DNA from: an uncultured Acetobacteraceae bacterium
GTDB lineage: Bacteria; Pseudomonadota; Alphaproteobacteria; Acetobacterales; Acetobacteraceae
Direction of reading: 5' to 3'
DNA: 64,000 nucleotides
NCBI GenBank assembly: GCA_964248625.1
Contig: CAXTZG010000002.1
Coordinates: 7,778-71,777 of the forward strand
Shown here: piece by piece, positions 57,605-64,000 of the stretch
How positions within the stretch are numbered: the stretch's first letter is position 1
Layout of the letters: each line of letters starts with the position of its first letter
Translations under genes and position numbers: made by a program
The notes under the pieces: model-generated
What the model was told of the DNA's origin: nothing
Database searches by the model: none
Seen by the model: only the letters and a program-made list of their open reading frames with translations

Positions 57605-58809
57605 CTGACCACCGCGCCCAGCAGCGCATCGAGGCGCAGCCGGCCCGCCTGCGTCGCGACCAGGCGACCCTCGTGCCAGCGCAGATAATCCTCCTGCAAT
57701 ACCGCCTCGAGAACGTCCGGCTCCAGCGCATCGAGCAGCCTCGTGCCCGTCCGGGCGGCGAACCGCTCCGCATCGATGCCGTCCGACAGCCGCAGGCCCA
57801 TCAGCAGCATCTCGCGGGCGGGCTCCGGCGCCACCAGCCTGGTCTCCTCGGTCAGCCCGTGGCCCAGCCGCTCCACCCGGTCCGCCCATGGTTCGGGCGC
57901 CCGATGCCGGCGCGTGGCGTGGATCGCGGGCCGCCCGTCCGCACCCGGCAGCGTGATCCGTCCATGCGCCCCGGGTCCGATGCCGGCATAGTCGCCGTAG
58001 CGCCAGTAGGCGAGATTGTGACGGCTCTCCGAGCCGGGCCTGGCATAGTTCGAGACCTCATAGGCCAGCAGTCCGTGCCGTGCCGCGACCTCGGCTGTCT
58101 CCTCGTAGAGGGCGGCCCCCAGCTCCTCGTCCGGCATCGCGATCAGCCCCTGCCGGTGCAAGGCCTCGAACTTCGTCCCGGGCTCGATCGTCAGCTGGTA
58201 GAGCGACAGATGGTCGGCAGCCAGCGCCAGCGCCCGGTCGAGCTCGCGTCGCCAGGCCGCCACGTCCTGCCCGGGGCGGGCATAGATCAGGTCGAACGAG
58301 ATCCTGGGGAAGATCGCCCGCGCCAGCTCCAGCGCCTGCACCGCCTGCGCGCCGGAATGCGCCCGGCCCAGCATGCGCAGCGCCTCGTCCTCCAGGCTCT
58401 GCACGCCGAGCGAGACGCGGTTCACCCCGGCGTCCCGGAACCCGCGCAGCCGGCCGATCTCCACGCTGGTGGGGTTGGCTTCCAGCGTGATCTCCAGGTC
58501 GGGCATCGGCACGAACAGGCGACGCGCATCCTCGATCAGGGCGGCCACGGTGTCCGGGGTCATGAGGCTCGGGGTGCCGCCGCCGAAGAAGATCGAGGCC
58601 AGGGGGCGGGGGCCGAGCCGGGCGGCTTCGGTGGCGAGCTCGGTCCGCAGGGCGCGCGCGAAACGCTGCTGCGGGATGGCGTCGCGGACGTGGCTGTTGA
58701 AGTCGCAGTACGGGCACTTGGCGAGGCAGAAGGGCCAGTGGATGTACAAGGCAAGGCCAGGGCTCTGCCCTGGACCCGCCAAGGGCGGAGCCCTTGGAAC
58801 CCGGTTCAT
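57601..58809 (-). CDS. hemW: Radical SAM heme chaperone HemW
   Basis: 'LYIHWPFCLAKCPYCDFNS' (CxxxCxxC), 'FGGGTPS', 'EITLEANP', 'SLYQLTIEPGT', 'YEVSNYA', 'HNLAYW'. Confidence 0.95.
   Translation of the reverse strand: MNRVPRAPPLAGPGQSPGLALYIHWPFCLAKCPYCDFNSHVRDAIPQQRFARALRTELATEAARLGPRPLASIFFGGGTPSLMTPDTVAALIEDARRLFVPMPDLEITLEANPTSVEIGRLRGFRDAGVNRVSLGVQSLEDEALRMLGRAHSGAQAVQALELARAIFPRISFDLIYARPGQDVAAWRRELDRALALAADHLSLYQLTIEPGTKFEALHRQGLIAMPDEELGAALYEETAEVAARHGLLAYEVSNYARPGSESRHNLAYWRYGDYAGIGPGAHGRITLPGADGRPAIHATRRHRAPEPWADRVERLGHGLTEETRLVAPEPAREMLLMGLRLSDGIDAERFAARTGTRLLDALEPDVLEAVLQEDYLRWHEGRLVATQAGRLRLDALLGAVVR
58753..58804. repeat. Single arm of the palindromic repeat family seen at 15733-15837, inside the hemW 5' end
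   Basis: AAGGCCAGGGCTCTGCCCTGGACCCGCC (26/28 identical to the reverse complement of 15810-15837), then the hairpin CCAAGGGC-GGA-GCCCTTGG and GGAACCCGG. Confidence 0.8.
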
Positions 58810-60773
58810 CAGATCGCGACGCGGACGCCGAGCTCCACCACCCGGTCGGAAGGGATGCGAAAAAATTCGATCGCCGGCACGGCGTTGCGCGCCATCACCA
58901 GGAACAGCGACATCCGCCACAGCGGCATCTTTGGAATCGCACCGCGCACCAGCACCTCGCGGTTCACGAAATAGGAGGCCTGCATCGGGTCGAAGTCGAC
59001 GCCGTGGCTGCGCAGCTCCTCCAGCGCGCGGGGCAGGTTCGGGCTCTCCATGAAGCCGTAGCGCAGCGTCACCCGGTGGATGCCAGGGCCCAGCTCCTCC
59101 ACCATCATCCGTCCGCCGCGATCGGCCTCGGGCTGGTCGAGGTTCTGCGCGGTGACGAACAGGATGCGCTCGTGCAGCACCTTGTTGTGCTTGAGATTGT
59201 GTAGCAGGCAGGCTGGCACGAACTCGGCGTTCGCGGTCAGGAAGATGGCCATCCCAGGCACCCGGATGGTGCGCGACTGCGGCAGCCGCGCCAGGAACGA
59301 GGCCAGCGGCAGGCTGTCCTGCTTCCAGCGCGACAGGATCAGGCCGCGGCCGGTCTTCCAGGTCGTCATCAGGGTGGTCAGCACGATGCCGAGCAGCACC
59401 GGCACCCAGCCGCCTTCGGGGATCTTCAGCGCGTTGGCGGCGAAGAACGTGAAGTCGATGACAAAAAAGGCGCCGAACACCACGGTCGTGGCCAAGCGCG
59501 ACCAGCCATAGATCCGCCGGAACACCACCATCGCCAGCACGCTGGTGCAGGTGAAGGTGCCGGTGACGGCAATGCCGTAGGCGGTGGCGAGACTGTCGGA
59601 GCTTCGGAAGGCCAGCACCAGCAGCAGCACCCCGATCATCAGCGCCCAGTTGATCTGCGGGACATAGATCTGTCCCTCCTCGTCCGCATTGGTGTGCAGC
59701 ACCCGCATCCTCGGCAGGTAGCCGAGCTGGATCGTCTGCCGCGCCATCGAGTACGCGCCGGTGATCATCGCCTGGCTGGCGATGATGCTGGCCATGGTGG
59801 CGAGCACCACCATCGGCAGGCGCAGCGCGTGCGGCACCAGCAGGTAGAACGGGTTCACCGTCGCCTCGGGGTGGGCGATGATCAGCGCGCCCTGGCCCAG
59901 ATAGTTGAGCGCCAGGCAGGGCAGCACGCAGAACAGCCAGGCCAGCCGGATCGGCTTGCGTCCGAAATGGCCCATGTCGGCATAGAGCGCTTCCGCGCCG
60001 GTGACCGACAGCACCACGGCGCCGAGTGCCACGAAGGCGAGCCAGCCATGGTGCCAGATGAAGATCACGGCATGGGTCGGGAGCAGCGCCTGCAGCACGA
60101 ACGGGTAGCGGACGACCTCGAGCACGCCCAGCAGGCCGATGGCGATGAACCAGATCAGCATCACCGGCCCGAAGATGCGCCCGACGCTGCCGGTGCCGCG
60201 CCACTGCAGGCTGAACAGCGCCACGATGACGCCAATCGCGATCGGCAGCACCACCTCGGCCGCACCCGGCAGGCTGACCTCCAGCCCTTCCACCGCAGAC
60301 AGCACCGAGATCGCGGGCGTGATGGTGCCGTCGCCGAAGAACAGGCAGGCGCCGACGATGCCGACGAAGCCGAGCACCGCGCGCAGACGGCCGGTGGCGA
60401 CTCGCTGCGCCATGGCGCTGAGCGACAGGATGCCGCCCTCGCCCTTGTTGTCGGCCCGCATGATCAGCGAGATGTACTTGATGGTGACGACCAGGATCAG
60501 CGACCAGAAGATCAGGCTTTCGATCCCCAGCACCTCGCCGGCCGTCACCCGGTTGGCGCCGACGATCTGGATGGTCGACTTGACCGCGTAGAGCGGGCTG
60601 GTGCCGATGTCGCCATACACCACGCCAAGCACGGCAAGCAGCGAGCCGGTGGTGACGCCGCGGTTCCGCACGGTGCCGTGGCCACCACCCGGTGCCGGCT
60701 CGAGCGCAATGCGAGGGTCGTCCGGAAAGGTGCCCGACAGGCCTGCGCCAGACATTCCGGCGACCTCACTCAT
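58809..60773 (-). CDS. kup: KUP/HAK/KT potassium uptake protein
   Basis: '[14 protein letters not shown]', 'ADNKGEGG', '[17 protein letters not shown]', '[10 protein letters not shown]', 'GQIYVP', 'RVVELG'. Start uncertain (60773 or 60755). Confidence 0.96.
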   Translation of the reverse strand: MSEVAGMSGAGLSGTFPDDPRIALEPAPGGGHGTVRNRGVTTGSLLAVLGVVYGDIGTSPLYAVKSTIQIVGANRVTAGEVLGIESLIFWSLILVVTIKYISLIMRADNKGEGGILSLSAMAQRVATGRLRAVLGFVGIVGACLFFGDGTITPAISVLSAVEGLEVSLPGAAEVVLPIAIGVIVALFSLQWRGTGSVGRIFGPVMLIWFIAIGLLGVLEVVRYPFVLQALLPTHAVIFIWHHGWLAFVALGAVVLSVTGAEALYADMGHFGRKPIRLAWLFCVLPCLALNYLGQGALIIAHPEATVNPFYLLVPHALRLPMVVLATMASIIASQAMITGAYSMARQTIQLGYLPRMRVLHTNADEEGQIYVPQINWALMIGVLLLVLAFRSSDSLATAYGIAVTGTFTCTSVLAMVVFRRIYGWSRLATTVVFGAFFVIDFTFFAANALKIPEGGWVPVLLGIVLTTLMTTWKTGRGLILSRWKQDSLPLASFLARLPQSRTIRVPGMAIFLTANAEFVPACLLHNLKHNKVLHERILFVTAQNLDQPEADRGGRMMVEELGPGIHRVTLRYGFMESPNLPRALEELRSHGVDFDPMQASYFVNREVLVRGAIPKMPLWRMSLFLVMARNAVPAIEFFRIPSDRVVELGVRVAI

Positions 60774-60831
60774 CCAGGAATGCTCCGGAATGGGCGACAA
60801 ACGATCTCGCCCGTGGCCAAGCCCATACGAC

Positions 60832-61575
60832 CTAGTTCTGCGCAGATGCAAGCGGCCGGGCGACAGGCCTGCCTCCGAAGATCGCGGTGCCGACCCGGAT
60901 CGAGGTGGCACCACACGCGATCGCCTGCTCGAAATCGCCCGACATGCCCATCGAAAGCTCGGCCAGCCCATGCGATGCCGCAAGCGCCGCCATCTTGCGA
61001 AAGAACGGCTCCGGATCGGCGTCTGCCGGCGGGATCGCCATCAGCCCGCGCAGCGCCTCGCCGAAACGGCGGCCGCACGTCTCGATGAAGCGGTCCGCCT
61101 CGTCCGGCATCACGCCGGCCTTCTGCGGCTCCGCGCCGATATTGACCTGGATCAGCAGCGACGGCAGCCGTCCCGCCTTCTGCGCCGCCTGCTCCAAGGC
61201 ATCGGCCAGGCGCGGCCGGTCCAGGGTCTCGATCACGTCGGCGAGACCGGCGGCTTCGACGGCCTTGTTGGTCTGCAGGGGACCGATCAGGTGCAGCCGC
61301 ATGTCGGGATGACCTGGCCGCAGGGGCGGGAACTTGGCCCACGCCTCCTGCACCCGGTTCTCGCCGAACAGCGTCTGCCCGGCGGCCAGGGCGTCTTGCA
61401 CGGCGGCGGCCGGATGTGTCTTGGAGACGGCCACCAGCCTGACGGATCCCGGGGCGCGGCCGGCGGCGCCCAGGGCCGCATCGATGCGGGCACGGAGCCG
61501 TCCGAGCGCCAGCGCGACCTGCGGGTCCGGAGCGACGGGAACGCCGGTGCCGGCTTCCGATACGAAGAACGTCAT
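60832..61575 (-). CDS. yggS: PLP homeostasis protein (YggS/PROSC)
   Basis: 'LVAVSK', 'FGENRVQE', '[10 protein letters not shown]', 'QVNIG', 'GLMAIPP', 'SMGMSGD', 'RVGTAIFG'. Confidence 0.95.
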   Translation of the reverse strand: MTFFVSEAGTGVPVAPDPQVALALGRLRARIDAALGAAGRAPGSVRLVAVSKTHPAAAVQDALAAGQTLFGENRVQEAWAKFPPLRPGHPDMRLHLIGPLQTNKAVEAAGLADVIETLDRPRLADALEQAAQKAGRLPSLLIQVNIGAEPQKAGVMPDEADRFIETCGRRFGEALRGLMAIPPADADPEPFFRKMAALAASHGLAELSMGMSGDFEQAIACGATSIRVGTAIFGGRPVARPLASAQN

Positions 61576-61644
61576 GGCGCGCAGGCTCCCGCGCCGCGTG
61601 GCACCGGTCAAGCACCGGCAGCGCCGGAGCGGCCGTGCCGCCGC

Positions 61645-62835
61645 TCAGCCCGCCTCCAGCTCGAGCGCCAGCTCCTGAGCGCGGATGCGCTCGTTGCGCA
61701 GGATCATCTTCCGCCGCTCGTCCATGGTCGAGCCTTCATCCGCCTCCCCCGATTCGCCATGCCGGCCGGGCGGCGACCAGCCGTCGGCATTGCCGGTCGC
61801 TCGGGCCAGTGCCGCGATCTCGGGGATCAGCGACTGCCGCGCCCGCGGCGTCTGCACGTCGAACCAGAGCAGGCAGATGCGGTCCCAACCGTCGAACGCG
61901 GTTTCCAGCGTCTGCAGCCGACCGGCGCCAGCCCCATCCCGCCAGGCTTCCAGCAACGGCAGCGGATCGGCCAGCGTCGCCTCGATCTCGGGAAGCAGGT
62001 GCTCGGCCTGCTCGATGCAGCGATCGGCGGCAGCGATCACCCGGCCGAGCATGATCCCGTCCGCGCCGCTGCGGCAGAACTGCTCCTCTGCCAGCGAGTG
62101 CCGCAGCCTGCGCACCAGAAAGAGCAGCCGGTTCCAGCGTCCGCCTTCGCCCGCCGGCCCGCGTGCCGATCCGGCGCCGATCGCGACCGACGCATACTGG
62201 ACCGACAGCTGCTGCAGCGCTTCAGCCAGCTGCTGCCCACGCCAGCCGAGCCGGTCGGCCAGCCTGTTGAAGCCAGGGCGATCCAGGCAGCTCGCCGCAT
62301 CCTCCGGGCTGTGGAAGCCGCCGCGTCGCGCCAGCGTCAGCAGGGACTGCGCGCGCAGCCTGAGCGACGCGAGTTCGAGCGCCGCCTGCACCTGCCGTGC
62401 AGCCTCCGCGGCCTCGTGTCCGGCATGACCATCCAGTGCCACCATCCTGGCCGCCAGCCGGACCTCGGCCGGACCGATCATGTCCAGTCCGGACAATCTC
62501 TCCACCAGCAGCGTGTCGTGCAGGCTGGGTGCGGCGAAGCCGGTCACGACATGCCATGCGGCGACATAGACGCCCCGTCCGCCGGACGGGTTCGGCAGGA
62601 TGAACTCGAGCCCCTGCCGTCCAAGCCGCACCCGCACGCCGCACAGCATCGGCGCCATGACCGGAAGATGCACACCCGCATCCAGCCCGCTATCCGGCCG
62701 CCGGCTCGGCGTCGCCATCACCTTCCAGACTGCCGGCCCCGATGCGGCCTGCGGCAGCGCCATGGGCGACGCGGTGCTCGCAAGCGCATGCAGCAGCGAG
62801 CGTTCAGTCATGCGCGGCGCCTGCAAAGCACCCAT
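61645..62835 (-). CDS. Conserved-looking hypothetical protein
   Basis: Long ORF with a globular core 'EFILPNPSGGRGVY...SLHDTLL'. Start may be 62811. Confidence 0.7.
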   Translation of the reverse strand: MGALQAPRMTERSLLHALASTASPMALPQAASGPAVWKVMATPSRRPDSGLDAGVHLPVMAPMLCGVRVRLGRQGLEFILPNPSGGRGVYVAAWHVVTGFAAPSLHDTLLVERLSGLDMIGPAEVRLAARMVALDGHAGHEAAEAARQVQAALELASLRLRAQSLLTLARRGGFHSPEDAASCLDRPGFNRLADRLGWRGQQLAEALQQLSVQYASVAIGAGSARGPAGEGGRWNRLLFLVRRLRHSLAEEQFCRSGADGIMLGRVIAAADRCIEQAEHLLPEIEATLADPLPLLEAWRDGAGAGRLQTLETAFDGWDRICLLWFDVQTPRARQSLIPEIAALARATGNADGWSPPGRHGESGEADEGSTMDERRKMILRNERIRAQELALELEAG

Positions 62836-62947
62836 GGACAGTTCGCCTCCTGCGATCCGGCCGGAGCATCATGCTGCAGCCATCCGATGCGTGCAGCGTG
62901 AGGCAGAACGGTAAACAGACGCTGAAGCCGGAGGAGAAACCGACATC

Positions 62948-64000
62948 TCAGCCGAGTCCGAGCGCCTGGATCGCGCGCTCGCTGCCGATCAGCAGCTCGG
63001 TCAGCCGCAACCGGTCCGCCAGCGTCAGGTTCTCGCCGGCGGACGGCTCGGCGTAGCGGCCCGCGGCCTGTTCCAGGAGACGATCGTACTCCTCCGCATC
63101 GCCCAGCTTTGCGGCCGAGAGGGCAAATCGCCGGAGCTGCCGCGCTTCTGCTTCCAGCAGGCACACCGCCTCGGCCGGAACCGGCGCGCTGATGGCAGGC
63201 AGCCGGGCCTCGAGCGCCTGCGCGAACAGGGCGCGATTGGCGGTCGCCAGCGTCTGGCGCAGGCGTCCGACGCGACGCTGCTCCTCCGCCGGCCGCTGCT
63301 CCAGCCTGCGGAAGCGCTCGACCCGTCCGATCAGCGCCACGTTGGCCATCAGCCGCGCCGGGTCGGGCGGATCGTCCGGCGCCGGCTCCACGATCAGCGT
63401 TTCCATCCGGTCGAGCGTGTTGGAGGTCGCCTTGTCCAGGCCGGCGAGCAGGGCCGTGGCGACCCGGTTGCCGCGTGCCAGCCCGAGCGCCATGCGCGCC
63501 ACCTGGTCGGGTGCTGCAACCTCCATCAGCAGGGCCAGCATGATGCCCCAGCCGACCGGTCCGGTGCGCGCAGCATCAGCCAGCAACGCGGTCAGGACCG
63601 GTTCGCAGGCGGCGTCGCCGTGCGGCGACAGCGACCGGATCTCGACCGCATGGCCCAGCACCAGCCGCAGCACGCCGACCAGCTGCGTGACCATCGGCAG
63701 GGTCAGACCGTGCTGCTTCTGCCAGTCCGGCGTGCCCCAATGCTCGGGGATCGCGAGCTCGGTGAGTCGGGCGGCGGCCTCCGCCCAGAGCGGACCACCG
63801 GCTCGCGTCAGGGCCGCCTGGTCGTCGAGGTCGATCGCAGGCAGGCTGCCCGCCGCGTCGGCGAGCAGCAAGGCCGAGATCGGCGCGATGATCGAGCGCG
63901 GGATCGCAAGGTCGCCCATGCGCCAGGTCGCGGCGCCGACCAGCACCGGATCGAGCGGGACGAACAGCAGCCGCGTGCGGGTCATCGGCCGCACCGGACG
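62948..64000 (-). CDS. Hypothetical helical protein, probably 5'-truncated by the window edge
   Basis: The reading frame stays open to the window end. 'RLLFVPLDP', 'IPRS..AP' and a helical C-terminus. Confidence 0.65.
   Translation of the reverse strand, partial: RPVRPMTRTRLLFVPLDPVLVGAATWRMGDLAIPRSIIAPISALLLADAAGSLPAIDLDDQAALTRAGGPLWAEAAARLTELAIPEHWGTPDWQKQHGLTLPMVTQLVGVLRLVLGHAVEIRSLSPHGDAACEPVLTALLADAARTGPVGWGIMLALLMEVAAPDQVARMALGLARGNRVATALLAGLDKATSNTLDRMETLIVEPAPDDPPDPARLMANVALIGRVERFRRLEQRPAEEQRRVGRLRQTLATANRALFAQALEARLPAISAPVPAEAVCLLEAEARQLRRFALSAAKLGDAEEYDRLLEQAAGRYAEPSAGENLTLADRLRLTELLIGSERAIQALGLG

Overview
A very GC-rich chromosomal segment. Gene content and order point to an alphaproteobacterium, most like free-living Acetobacteraceae/Rhodospirillales; this is inferred, not searched. 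Bases 1-13.5 kb hold a tightly coupled sugar/polyol catabolic island: FGGY kinase, SorC-type regulator, ABC transporter with a Tat-exported binding protein, XylX-like FAH protein, 2-hydroxyacid and aldehyde dehydrogenases, xylulokinase, HAD phosphatase, HexR/RpiR regulator, RpiA and a polyol SDR. The rest is mostly core genes: trpBA-accD-folC, a permease-less regulatory PTS (hprK, EIIA, HPr, EI), purH, mbfA, lolA, nagA, rsmI, lipid A/Kdo genes, aroC, fabI, pdxH, rfbBACD, an orphan cheY-cheZ pair, and yggS-kup-hemW. I found no rRNA, tRNA, CRISPR array, transposase or integrase. The most notable items are: a near-perfect parS palindrome at 40260-40279; paired HexR-type operators around a TTGACA promoter; a palindromic repeat family translated in frame as the TrpA C-terminus and the HemW N-terminus; an unannotated protein with an ADP-ribosyltransferase-like C-terminal motif pattern; a 743-aa orphan PLP-fold protein; a Cys-bracketed DPDAAYD repeat in a lytic transglycosylase; and a short coupled ORF where rapZ usually sits. 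Protein family calls come from motif recognition by eye, and many start codons were moved from the ORF track to the most plausible site.
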